A stretch of DNA of 63,953 bases, filler included, from Hydrolagus affinis (taxonomy: Eukaryota): NCBI GenBank assembly GCA_012026655.1. It is 5 parts of 5 records of this genome, joined end to end, with 100 filler letters (N's around TTAATTAATTAA, not from the genome) between each part and the next. Parts side by side here need not be neighbours in the genome. Positions count along the whole stretch, not along the records: positions 31,187 to 41,931 come from JAAILG010024753.1; positions 42,032 to 53,802 come from JAAILG010022982.1; 3 more parts are not named here. One strand, 5' to 3'. Position numbers and translations under genes: made by a program. The notes beneath the pieces were generated by a model. It ran no database searches and had not been told where the DNA came from. It saw only the letters and a program-made list of their open reading frames with translations. Below are positions 38,811 through 51,546 of this stretch, one piece after another. Position 1 is the first letter of the stretch; the number at the start of each line of letters is the position of its first letter.

Positions 38811-39343
38811 GGGTTGTAAGGATGGCGAATAATTAGATTTGTCGTGAAATGAATCCTGATTACCATCTCTTTTAACAAAAGTGCTCTATCCATATGCTAG
38901 CTCTGGGTCCATCACAACACACGGAGTTTTCCTGATTCACCTAATGTTTCGTTCAGCTCACATTGAGAGTTGAGTCTCCAGTCTAACTCCCTGCTTTCTT
39001 GAAATAATCAAGAACATTTCTGTAGTTTATATGTTAGAGCATCTATTTCATCAGTGAAAAAAACTGTGTTCACTTCCCGATCACTTCGAGCACGTTTCCT
39101 TCATCCAACGACACGCCTCTGTTTACCTAGCAGTAAATATGAACCCAGATCACAGTCGCGTAAGTAATGTACATAGCGACAACAAACAGAGAGGAAATAA
39201 GAGGCGGATGAAGACATTAGCGAGAATATAATTATACGTGGAGGCGCTCCGTCAACATTAGGAAATGTTTGTCAGCCTTTAGATCATTTCTCGTAGGCAT
39301 TTGAACTAGAAACTGCAATGCGAATCAACGTTGAGAGTTGAGA

Positions 39344-39801
39344 AAGAAGACGAAATTTTATACAACGTGTATTATTTTGAATATAATGGTATCATTCTTA
39401 TGTAAGTAAAATGTAGAGGCTTGGGGTGTCCTCCCGACTTTAAAGGCTCTCTATAGTATAGTATTATTGGTGTTGTTGCTGAAGTTGGGCAAACATAATG
39501 TTGATTTCTATTTCCCAGGTGTCATGTCCGAAAGCGGCGTGTCACAGACACCTCAGGCCGCGACAGTGAATGAAGCCACAATTGTGTCTATGGAATGCAC
39601 CTCTACTTTGTCCAACAGCCCAATCTTCCAATGGTACAAACAGCACGGAAACGGCTCTGTCCTGTTCTTGGTGTTGGGAACAAGAGACGTGAACACGAAT
39701 GAGAGGATCAGTGCTTTGACTGTGGGAAAAGATAAAAGAAGCACGTTGACAATAAAACATCTGCGGGTGTCTGACTCCGCCACTTACTTCTGTGCAGATG
39801 G
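39344..39801 (+). pseudogene. Family A V segment: open V exon but defective start codon and heptamer
   Basis: Leader 39344-39401 begins AAG where paralogues have ATG. V exon 39519-39801 is open. Heptamer tacaatg 39802 lacks the essential CAC; nonamer acataaaca 39832-39840. Confidence 0.82.
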
Positions 39802-41715
39802 TACAATGCAGTGTGTCTATGAGGGGCCTGTACATAAACATGCCTGGCTTAGTGTAGCTCAATGGTTGTAGCTCCCGTCTCGCAAACGAAAGGATCTGGA
39901 TTCGATCCTCGAATGGGCGAAACGTGATGCAAGTCTCCATACGCCTCATGCCTCTGTTTGCCTGGCAGTAAAGTAGGGACAATGGTTGCCAGTTGATGAA
40001 CGGATGGCGTTTATGCGGGAAGCAACTCGTTTCAAAAAATACATAATGATAATATATTGTCCACTCAATCCATGCCGTGCAAAATCAGTTGCCGTGTTTC
40101 ACAGACTGAATATTTTCTCAATACATTTTCCAATGAAATCTCAGAAGTGCTTTGTAGCCTGCTCAAAGGCGCAGTAAGGCACAGTTTCAAATGCACAGTT
40201 GATCGTTTGATCCCTGAATTTAATTTCCACACTCATAAGCATTGTGATAGTATTCCAATGTATCAGACAACGAATACGCACAGATGAATTTTAATACATG
40301 AAGTGGCATCCTATTTGAAATAAAGAGAAGCATTAGAAAATAAATAGACTTGAATAATGGCAGAGAACTAGCTGTTGGGATCCAATCTGCGATGAGCCAG
40401 AAACATTTATCTGAAACGGTGGAGGAAGACAAGTTTCAACTAACTTAGTCAGAGACATCTGAATAAACGTCGCTCCCCTCCCTTCGCTTTGAACCCACTC
40501 AATCTCTCTTTTCAGCTCGATACCAAATTGCCAACTGCCCCAGGGGATGTGAAAGCCAACACAAATCGGGCCATTGTCCAGCAAACCACACACACTCATG
40601 AGCGTCCCCTGAACACGTCACCTTGCCTGATTTTGAGTGTCGAAACAAGTAATAACTGTAATGCAAAAATACATTACAAGAGTACGTTTGTGTAACTATG
40701 GGAGGAACTCAAAAGGAAGGTTACGAGCTATATGTTTATGCAAATCCGTGAAGCCATTTGTCCACAAATCATAGGGTTCACCTTGTGCCCCTGGCTCGGT
40801 CCCGGGATCTGTTTTGAAGCGTTCCGAGACGCTGTCCGGCGTGGAGGACGCTCCATGAATCTAAGTTGTTGTTGTTTTTGCAGTATTTTCTGTGTGGCTC
40901 TTTGATTTGTCTCGATCATGTTATAGTGCGCTATTTCACACGCAAATATTATTATCATTCTTAACATACAACACGGGGAATTGAGAACAAACTTGGATTG
41001 GCAGAGCGTCTTTCTGGTCAAGAGGACAACTCAAGCTGAGCATTGAGGGAGTGGGACGAAAGCATGGGGGAGGGGCAAGGTAGGGGTGAGTTGAGGCAGA
41101 GAGGAGGGAGAGAACGTTGCAACGATGTGCATATTCTGCAGCTTTTGAAGGGAAGAGAGTGGCAGCAGCCACAGCCATTTTGCATAATCATGCGTGTGCA
41201 CGATTAATAAAAAAATATTGATTCGGTAGGTAATGAGAATGTAGATTGCAACTCCCTTAGTCTTGCCTCTTGCCGGTCAGCGCCCCCAGTAACATTGGAA
41301 ACCAACTTAGCATGACGTGTCCCTCCAGAGACGAAGAGCAAAGTCCTTTCCAAAGCCACATTGACAGTCAGAGATGGCACGCAGAGGTGGAATTGATTTA
41401 TGCGATTTGGATCACGTTCAGTGTTAGTCTACTTTACTACAGGTGTCAAACAACCGGCTGATAAAAAAAAAAAGGCAGTGACGGAAAGGAACCAATGTGG
41501 GAGCGAGATGATAGAGCAGAATGCGTGACGCAAAAAGACACAGACGTAGGTTTTGTAAATAATCCTCCGACCTGCTCTCTCGTAGCCCATGGCAACTTCT
41601 GTTTGCCATTTCCTTTTCAGCTCTCCACACCGTACCTTACTGTCTCACATCCAACATTCTCCAACTACACCATAAACCCACTCTAAACTCGTCGAGAAAT
41701 TAGACACGCATGACA

Positions 41716-41755
41716 ATGTACATATATTTGGCAGCATTCCTCATTGGCTTGTCAG
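41716..41755 (+). other. Orphan family B leader exon (V exon probably in the adjacent gap)
   Basis: MYIYLAAFLIGLS plus G|gtaagc. Upstream sequence resembles family B promoters at ~21.9, 28.3 and 47.9 kb. Gap at 41932-42031. Confidence 0.75.
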
Positions 41756-42849
41756 GTAAGCCACAAGTCACTATATATATATATATATATATTCCTTTGC
41801 CTATTCTTTTGCCTATACCTTACTCTACGCACACGCCCGTGTATTAATATCTGTAGGCAGGAAACCGACCGGCAATGAATTTGTGTATCGTGTTTCCGAA
41901 CAGATTAATTCCTACTAATGTCACCATGAATNNNNNNNNNNNNNNNNNNNNNNNNNNNNNNNNNNNNNNNNNNNNTTAATTAATTAANNNNNNNNNNNNN
42001 NNNNNNNNNNNNNNNNNNNNNNNNNNNNNNNTAATTACACATGTAACGTGAGCTGCAACTTACAGGAAATCAACTTGCTTTGTATAACTAAAGGCCTTAT
42101 CAGCAATACCAGGTGCTTCCTGTTGCAGTTGTCACGGTTTCCTCCTATATACTTTTGCTACATGAGATGAAATGCAAAATGTTTCACTCTACTGATTAAC
42201 ACTAGGTTTTGTTTGCTCAAAAAGAAATTTCTGTGCCAAGATTTCTATTTCAGTGTCTTTCTACCAAAAGCACAGCCGTCCAAAAGTGATTCACATTGCG
42301 TTAAAAGTGGGTTAGATCTTGTGAACCACAATATGGTAGCATGCTCTGGTTGAGTATCGGAATGGATTAAAACTAGCAAAGTGTAGAGCAATAACAACAA
42401 GTGCACAATTACTATACTAGAGGGCCATTCAGATCCAGAGGCCATCCCAACCCGAATTTGCGGCAATGGCATGTCTGCGTACGTGGAAAATTGGGGAGAG
42501 ATTTGGGAGGGTGGCAGAAGGATCGAAATTGTCAGGTTGATTAAGCAGGTGTGGCTCTTGTTAGCAGGCAGGTCAACAGGTGGGTTTACTCCAAGGACGA
42601 TTGTGTCTCCTGAAGTCTCTGAGGCGTCCCAGGGCGAGGTTTAGCCATTGACTGCATGTGTGGGCGGAGCGCTCTTTGGGAGTAGCTCTGTGTGGGTGGT
42701 GGCATTAAAAGAATGGGCCGATCTCTGTATTGGTGGGGCAGTGACTTACTGAGCGGTGATTTTCATGGAACGGGCAGTAAGTGACTGACGGGACACTGTG
42801 TGTGTGTGACTGTTTCACTGGATTTACCATGCGTTCTCGTTAGTGTCTG

Positions 42850-43300
42850 TGTTAACGGAGCTCCGTGTGGGCGGGGCAGTGACTGTGTGGGCGCGGCAGT
42901 TACCGTGTGGGCGGGGCAGTGGTTCGGTGGGCGGGGCATTGACACTGTGGGCAGGTCTATCTTTGCGAACGGGATATGTTTGATTGGTCTTTCCTCTCTT
43001 TGGGCGGGGTAATTACAGTGTGGGCGGAGTATTGACTGTGGGCGGGCAGTGACTGTGTGGGCGGGGCAGTGACTGTGTGGGCGGTGCAGTGACTGTGTGG
43101 GCGGGGCAGTGACTGTGAGGACGCGGCAGCGACTATGTGGGTGGGGTAGTAAATATGTGTGCAGGTCTATCTTTGGGAACGGGTGTGTTTGATTGGTCAG
43201 TACTCTCCGTGGGCGGGGTAATTACAGTGTGGGCGGAGTATTGACTGTGGGCGGGGCAGTGGTGGTTACTCTATAGGCGGGGCTATGAATGGGCGAGGCA
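42850..43300 (+). repeat. GC-box-rich minisatellite (~20-bp unit gtgtgggcggggcagtgact) with a higher-order duplication
   Basis: More than 10 GGGCGG-containing units. The block gcaggtctatctttg..gaacggg..tgtttgattgg occurs at ~42950 and ~43160. Confidence 0.85.
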
Positions 43301-43941
43301 GTGGCTGATTGGCCGGTGCTCTGCTTGGGCTGAACTGTGATTGGTTGTGCGGGGCGCTGTTTTGACGGGGGGCAGTGGCTGGCTGACTTCATATTTCAGC
43401 AACATTCACAACAAACAGCCGCACGTTGAAGAGTTAAAATAAGACAATTGATCAACCAGGATGCTTATGGGGTATACGAGCGCAGTGCTCTCAATGACTC
43501 TCTTCTTGCTTTGCCGTTTGTCACTTTTTTAAATATTCTCGATTTTAAATACCTTGAAATGTATTTTACAAAAATAGCACAATATTCCTTGCATTCCTTG
43601 TCATAAAATAATTCATAATAGTTTTGAGGTATCTCAACATGATTCACATAATTTACCCTAATGTACATTTTGGTGTCCGAAGTGCGGCAAGCAAATGTGC
43701 ACAGCAGTGTCTCAGAAGCACTGATTGATTGAGTGACCAAATCGTTCTAATTGTATATCTATGATTGGATAATAGTGTCTGTGGAAAAGCGATCTGGCCA
43801 TCTCTTAACAATCGTTTTGTTTGTATAGGGGATCGAACCCAGGTCCACATATTTCAGGCGATATTATTCTAGTCAATAAGCTACAGCACTCCACAACATT
43901 TTCTTCCTGATAAACATGCTCATTTTACCACAAGGAACAGA

Positions 43942-44062
43942 TTGCAAGCCCCAGAGCAACAAACGGTTGCTGAAATATCATTCCAAGAAGGAGAACATGT
44001 GCAACTAGACTGTACCTTAAAGAAAATCAGTGATGCCAACTATCTCTATTGGTACAGTCAAG
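43942..44062 (+). pseudogene. Truncated V fragment (FR1-CDR1-FR2 start)
   Basis: FQEGEHVQLDCTLKKISDANYLYWYSQ has the first Cys and WY. No FR3 or RSS; followed by LINE RT-like sequence. Confidence 0.55.
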
Positions 44063-44189
44063 CCAATTTGCAACAGCATTCATATAGGATTGAATATACA
44101 GAAAACGTTTTAGGCGGTTTGGGGACACTCGTGAAAATATTGCGTTTCCCAACATCATAAATTTATCGCTGCAAACATCATCTCCTCCT

Positions 44190-45340
44190 GGCCTCGCACT
44201 GTTATGAGTGGCCTTCCCCCCAGGGATCTGTGATTATCCCTCTGCTTTTCAGTATCTATATTCTCCCCCCTTGGTGACATCAACCGCAGAAATTGGATCA
44301 ACTTCAATGTGTTTGCGAGATACAGCTCAACTTACCTTTTTGCTTCCACAATCAATTTCGGTACCACTATCTGCAGACAAAGCTAATGTCGAATAGCATG
44401 TACTGGATGATAAATAGCTTTCTACAGTTGAAAGTAACCAAGAATGAGGCTCTCGGGATTCATAGAATCATAGAATCCGATGGCACAAAAGGAGGCCATT
44501 CGGTCCATCGATTCTGTGACGGTTCTTTAAAACAGCAATTTAATTCCACTCCACAGTTTTCTCCCTATAGTCACAGAATCCTGTCCATTACATAAGGACA
44601 TATGAATTAGGAGCAGGAGTATGCCATTCTGCCCCTCGAGCCTGCCCCACCATTCGATAAAATAATGGTTGATCTTCTTACCTAACTCTAATTACCAGCG
44701 CTAACCCCATATCCTCTAATACCTCTAATTGTTTTTTTCTATCAGTCTGAGCCTTGAAAATGTTCAAGGGCTGGGCATCTATAGCCTTCTGCGATAGCGA
44801 ATTCCATAAACTCACTACAATCTGAGTGAAGAAATGTTTCCTCAACTCTGCTCTAAAACGCTGTTAATTACAACGCAAATCCATTACTCATTCACCTCTT
44901 AGACCATTGAAGTATCAATTATGCCTTCAACATGTACGGTCGCGACTGTGACAATGCCCTGCTTGTCCACCTTTCAAACTCCCACCTCCATCAGCTGCAG
45001 ATCCTCCAAGCTCTGCGACTCCGTCTCCCCAACTCTCGCCTGAATCTGACGGCTTCTATTATTCAGTGCACTCAACTCAATCTTCTGGTCCCCACCTTTA
45101 AAGCTCTCCTCGGCCTACCACTCTACCTCTGCGAGCAGCCAGTCCACCAACAAACAACGATCCACTCAGTGGGCTCCGGACAGTTCCATTTGTCCACTCC
45201 AACCTGCCACATCATCATCGAGCGTGCCTTCAGCCAATCTATCCCCCAATCTTTGGAATTCTATCCAGTAATTACTCCGGCTCGGCGCTTTCGTTGCCTC
45301 CTACAAGTCACGTCTCAAGGAAAAAGCGCTGTTCAACTGT
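44190..45340 (+). mobile_element. Fragmented L2-type RT sequence with a nested reverse CR1 3' end
   Basis: Degenerate G.PQGS...PLLFSIY..PLGDI at ~44205-44285. catagaatcatagaat (reverse of the CR1 ATTCTRTG tail) at 44461. ORF2 C-terminal remnant 44925-45340. Confidence 0.65.
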
Positions 45341-45934
45341 GATTTTGTTCGTGCTTTTGAAAAAATTTCTCTCAAATTGTACCACAATCTAAAGACCCTC
45401 CTGTTGCATTCTGCAATGTAATTACACAAAACTCGTTTAGTGTTGAGAATCTTTGCCCACTTGCTTTAGCATCTCATGCAGCTGTGGAAGCAAAACTTCA
45501 CAAAGTGGATTTGCACAATTCACGGTATATATCTGTGCAAATAACAGTTTTGAATTATTACATCCTTAATCACTGTTTGCTTAGGAAGCACAGACCTCCG
45601 CAGCATACAATAACAGTGAGAAACTTTGAGTGAGCCTTGTAGGCCAACTGGTTCTGTTGGCAGTTCTCTGACATACGAGTCAGATGACACTATTCGCAGT
45701 TTCTGTTCATGGGATGTGTCCTGAAGGAGGTAAGGCGCAGTTATTATGAATCCAATGCGAAATGAGAGGAGGTGTCTCCGCATTTCTGCAGCAATAAACC
45801 TAGCCAAGGCAATGACGCGGGGCAAAGCGACACTGCATCAAATAGACAAGCTTATATAAACAAGGAACTGCCTTCTGCTGATCCCTCGTTTTATTTCAAA
45901 CGGATATTTTGACGTGAATCGACGCGAATTGTGA

Positions 45935-46391
45935 ATGAAGCAGAATTTCAAGGCAACATATATCGTTTTGAATTTAGTGGTGTCACTCTTGGGTAAGTAG
46001 GATATCAGTGTGGTGAAATTGTTAAACAATTACAAATTGTCGTCGCAGCTACTTTTCAAATTCTTTTGTAGCTGACTTCATGTCTATTTCACAGATGTGT
46101 TGGCTGAACTCGATGTGACACAGAGACGCCAAGTTCTGACAGCGAATGAAAGTGTAAATGTCTCTATGGAGTGCAGCACCAGTGTGATCATCCCATCCTT
46201 CCAATGGTACACACAATATGGAAACGGCTCCATCCGGTTCTTGGTGTTGGGAAGAGGAGTGATCGTTGCGGAAAGAGGATAAGTGCTTTGACTGTGAGAA
46301 AAGATAAACTCTGCGCATTAACCATCAAAGACGTGCGAGTGTCTGACTCCGCCAATTACTTGCGGCTCTAAGAGATCCCTGTACAAGAACA
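45935..46391 (+). pseudogene. Family A V pseudogene with a frameshift and deleted heptamer
   Basis: Leader 45935-45992. V exon from 46095, frameshift near 46265-46280. 24 nt including the second Cys and the heptamer are missing at 46359/46360; spacer and nonamer (acaagaaca 46383-46391) are retained. Confidence 0.85.
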
Positions 46392-48075
46392 TGCTGTGTT
46401 AATGCAACTCAATGGTTAGAGGACTCGCATCACAAACAAGAATTCTTACGTTCGAATCATCGCAGGGCTAAACATTCGGTAATTTACCGTATTGCTCCAC
46501 ATACATTTATTCATGTGCTGATAAATCCCAACCCGGTTTTTGGTCGATCGGTGGATCGCTTTCCCGCAGATAATAATTCCTGTAAAAAATTATTTTTCTT
46601 CAACCCATCGCTTTTGTTCGGACAATGCTTTGCGCAATTCGCGGAGCATTTAGCCCATAACACACCGATCCAATCCAACATGCAACCAGTTAAGCGCTTT
46701 GTTACATCTAGAGGACTTCATCACGTGCCATACAAAATGCAACCATTACTAGTAATATTTTATCTCTGGCGAGAAGTAAGTTCAAACCCAGTTGATCGTC
46801 GATTTCAGATTTTAGATCACCTTTTTAATAATTCATTAAATAAAATTTATACATCGATCCATCACCAGTTGCGAAACGATGCGGTGTGCAATTTTCTGCG
46901 AAGAATACATCCACATTTTTCAAAAAATCCTGGAGACTTCTCGAAGACATGAAAAGGCGCTGTACCACAAGCATGGAATACTTTTTATAACATACAGTTT
47001 GATTTTGTTACTCACGAATATGGTGAAGTGTTTTCACGTGTATCATGAATAATAACGTTTGAAGCATGATTCGTCGAACTAAACCATACAGAACAACAAT
47101 CTGTAGCCATGAATTGCACTAGTATAACAACATGCAGCTACGAATTGTGCTGGAAAACTTCTGGTTCGCACAGTCTGCTGTAACCCAGAAGCATAGAGTG
47201 GAAACTTTCAACTAATTAGGGTACAGACAATTGAGAAACTGCAAAGGTTTGTTTCGCCTGGTTCACAAATTGCCAGCTGCACCAGAGTATGTGAAGCCAA
47301 CATACATTAGATAATTGGTTGGCCTTCTGCACACACTCATCGGCATCAAATGAACACAGGTTCCTGTCAGCTTTTGACTATATATGTAAAATTGTTCCAT
47401 ACCGTTTGGAAAAGCACCTAATCTAGTCATTCAGGCATCACCAGTTGCTTCACAGAATGCACCCTAAAGCATAGTGACTATGCGTTTTGTGGGTGAAACG
47501 AGGCAGCAAATTGTGCACAATAGTGTCCTATAAACATTCGTCGATTCAGTTGCTTATTGTATTAGTGAATATTACTCATGGAAAGCTACCAGGTAAATCG
47601 ACAAACACCTGAATTCTACTTACTAGTCAACACTATGTGGGAGTGTAGAGCAAGGAAGTATGTCCAATATAGTGCTTTGCTGGTGATCATATCCATGCTC
47701 CTCGCTTGTGAGGTGAAGGTTCTTACTATTAAACACGAGAAATCTACAGGTTGTACACATATGTGGCACTCGTGTGTGTGCTGTAGACGAATTAAATGAT
47801 GTATATGGGTGTAACATGCTTCCTGTCGATCAAACTCATGTCAGTGTTTGAAGAGAACCAATGGAGGAGCGAGATGGCAGAGCATTGAACACGAGGCTTA
47901 ATGACACAGACAGAAGTTTTGTGCTGAAACCTCAGACATGCTCCCTTCCTGTGCTTGGCAAGTTGTGTATGTCATTCACTGTTCAGCTCTCCTCACAGTA
48001 TCTTACTGCCTCCCAGCCAACATTCTCTAACTATACCATCAGCACTCTCTCCAACCGCCGTGCGATTAAGTAAAT

Positions 48076-48944
48076 ATGGCACTGTATGTACATCTGGCAG
48101 CGGCCATCGTTGTCTTGTCAGGAAAGACGCACAGTCATTCTATAGTCCTGCTGCCTGAACATATTATCCAGCTCCCCGTGTTATTGCACAGAATAACCAA
48201 TATGCTAAATGACTCGATTACTGTAGATCGGCGGTTAGAAGAAATACCACACCAGGGTTCGATTAACGACTGGGAGAGGGCAAAACAACATTTAAGTTTA
48301 CTTTCACCACTCTCATTGCTGTGTTTATCGAGACTTAATTCAGTGCACGTTAGTTAGTCGGTTGGCAGTTTGCATTCTGATAGTAATTATGCGTCGTATT
48401 AAACTACAACTAATATTAAATTTGTCACTCAATCCACCAATGCCTGTGGAATACGGTTGTGCACAATTGGCTGCTATAATTTGCCTGCAAATTACACAGT
48501 TACTGCGCTGTATCTTATATTCTGTATAATAGAATATTCTTCTTCTCAAAGCCATGAGATGCCACTTAATCATATGCAGATATTATTATTGCTATAGTTG
48601 TTACTGTACTGAACGCTGATTTGTTTCTGGTTCCCAGGACATTGTGGGGGAGATACAGTAACACAGCTCCCATCTACTGTGACAGCAAATGAAGGGAATG
48701 ATGTTTACTTGCAGTGTAATTATACAACCACATGCACCGATCCCTACCTTTTCTGGTAACGTCACTACCCCAACACAGCTGCAGAATATATCCTTTCCTC
48801 ATCTACCAGGAACAAACAGCAGTATGCTGACATCGCAGAAGAACGTTTCGCAACGTTTGTGGATAAAGGAGGGAGAACCGTGCCTTTAAATATATCCCAA
48901 GTGAGAGTCACAGACTCGGCTGTGTATTACTGTTCACTGAGCCC
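48076..48944 (+). pseudogene. Family B V pseudogene
   Basis: Leader donor mutated GT->GA (48122). In-frame TAA at 48757-48759 (WY -> W*). RSS cacacag 48945, 23 bp, acaaaagct 48975-48983. Confidence 0.88.
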
Positions 48945-49600
48945 CACACAGGCACAGATCAGCGCTACCGCCCTACAAAAGCTACCATTTGGAGTCCTGT
49001 AGCTCAGTAGTTAAAGCACTCGTCTCACAAGCGAGATATAAGGGTTCAAATCACGGCAGAGCGAAATGTTGGGCAAGTTTCCTTACTTCACACATACGCA
49101 GCTGTTTACATGTCATTAAGTCGGAACGGTGTTGTTGGTGGTTTGGGGGATCGCTGTTCCCGGTGAAAGAATTCCTTCGAAATATTGATGACATTAATAA
49201 ATTATTTCTTCAATCCAATTGGTCACTGATGTGCACACTTCTCTTTTGCGATTCGCCCACACGATGAGCCGTCAGTGCGATCGTAGGACATTCTGTAAAG
49301 CGCTTCAATGCACCTCTAAGATGTGATTTGGTTGCTATATCAAGTGCAACGAATGTTGATATTTTACCAAACAGATTCATGCTGCTGTCACAGAGATAGC
49401 CTCAGACTTTTTGTCTTTTCGGCAGATCTTTGCCATACACGTACGTTTCTGTGGTCTTCTAATAGATTGTAAAATATTTTCTAAATAAATAAATCACTTA
49501 ATTTTATACAGCGCCATTTATAAAGGGAATGTTGAGCCTGGTTGGAAACTATTTACTATGAAATGTCTCCAAATTGTGCACGTTCTGTACCTGCAATCCG

Positions 49601-49614
49601 CCAGCAGATGGCGC
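49601..49614 (+). promoter_or_regulatory. CTCF core-motif match (paralogue of 23629)
   Basis: CCAGCAGATGGCGC is an exact match. Confidence 0.6.
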
Positions 49615-50678
49615 ACTAAGCACATACAGTATGAGCTGCAACTGACATAACTTGCCTCGTTCCTTTCTGTAACTAACTTCCTTGTGAGCCATAGCAGGTG
49701 CTTCCTGTTACAGTTGATGTTGGTGCCCCATATATACTATTGTCGCTGCAGCTGAAAGTATTCGGGTTTGTTTTTGTAAAATATAATTAATGTTATTGTT
49801 GTTACAGAATCACTTGATATGGCATATTTTCTATCTTATTATGTTTTCCAGTAAAAACAACCAGCCACCATTAAGTGGCTGACACTGTAGTATTAATCAT
49901 GTTAGGTTTTCTCAATGTCTATATGGGCAATTTCTTTGGTTTATTTAGGGAAGGAGAACAAAATTGTTCCAGTTGAATTTAATTTTGGAAAGAAAGAACT
50001 AAAGAAATATATTAGTTAGGATCTGCCTGCCTTGGATGAATCTCCAAACATGACTGCATAGCGATATTAATTATAATAACCCTTGACTTTTATCACATGC
50101 CTTCATGTAGGATGTGCTAAGAAAGCGTATAATATGGTTTATTGTAAAAATAAATGACTGCATTTTGAAGACAAATAAAATAGCAATTTGAACGCTGCAC
50201 TCCCCCCCCCCCCCACACCCACCCCCCACCAATTTACGTTAATCGAACTGTGGCTCTATCTAAGTTTTGTTGACAATACAGTTTGACATTATTTGACATT
50301 ATATCATTATTTGATTGTCAGTCTAAATCACAAAGTCAATGTACGTTCTTGAGCCTTGAAACAAAACCTTCTGACACATCAGCTACAGTACCAGCAGCAG
50401 AGGCGGGTTGTCAACTCAGTCTTGATTGTAGACAGTAAACCTTTGTTCGTGAACGAAACTTGTATCTCTTCCCTCCTTTCTAGCCTGGATCCACCTGTAG
50501 CCAATCAGCAGCTGACTAAGGCCAAGATACTCTGGTTAGTGTGAAACGCCTACAATTTTATTCAATAATTCACTGCCTGCACACATCAGCCAATGCCTCA
50601 CTTCTCGTAACTGAAGCAGCCGAACAGACATATACAAAGGAAGAGATTCCACTATCTGCCCTCACCTCAGCAGCCAGC

Positions 50679-51546
50679 ATGACAGTTCACTGTCAGTTAC
50701 TGATAGCAATCCTCACCATAGCCAGTAAGTATGTGTGGACATGTCTAGTGCATGTTACTTGGTATTACAAGTTGTGAAAAGCACTATATCAAATTCTAGA
50801 TTTATTATACACTATTCGGTAGTGTTCTAATTACAGCACTCCAATTGAACAAAAAAGCACCATATTGTGACTCACAGCAGGGCGAATTGTTGGACAATTT
50901 GCTTTACACCAAACATACGCCTTCGTGAATCGACCAGTTATTAGGAACTGTATTCAAGATCCAGTTTGAATCTTCTCTCCAAAAACTATTGATAATAACA
51001 ATGTTTTGAGCTCTCACTCTCCAACTCTTTATGGGAAGCTGTTATGTACAATTGGCTGTGAGGTTTGCCTGCAAAGGCGATTGGAGGCAACTCATTTGAT
51101 TTTATATTCATTGGGTGTTTTGTGTATATTTTTGTAACGTTCATTGTTGTGCAAATTCGAGCAAAATAACTCAATAATAGTTATTATTATTCCAAATCAA
51201 TATCAATCTTTGCCTTTGCTTAGAAAAGTGTGCTTCTTTTTATTGCAGAAGTTACCGCGAAAGATGTAATATACCAATATCCTCCTGATATAAGGGAGTT
51301 TGAAGGAAAAGACGTGAGATTAAACTGCAATTATTCCACAATCTATGCTGCTTTCTGGTACAGGCAATATCCAGATGGAGCCCTTCAGTACTTGCTGATG
51401 ATCTATGCATCGGGAAAGGTAGACAACGCTCCTGGTATTCCTGACCGCTTCACTGCCAAGTTGCACAAGGAGAATAAAGTATTTAACTTGCAAATACTCA
51501 GTGCTGATGTGGGTGACGACGCCATGTACTACTGTGCCCTGCAGCC
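50679..51546 (+). CDS. TCR V segment, family C copy 2
   Basis: Leader 50679-50724. V exon 51249-51546 open (..LNCNYS..WYRQYP..DDAMYYCALQP). RSS cacactg 51547, 23 bp, acaaaaact 51577-51585. Confidence 0.92.
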
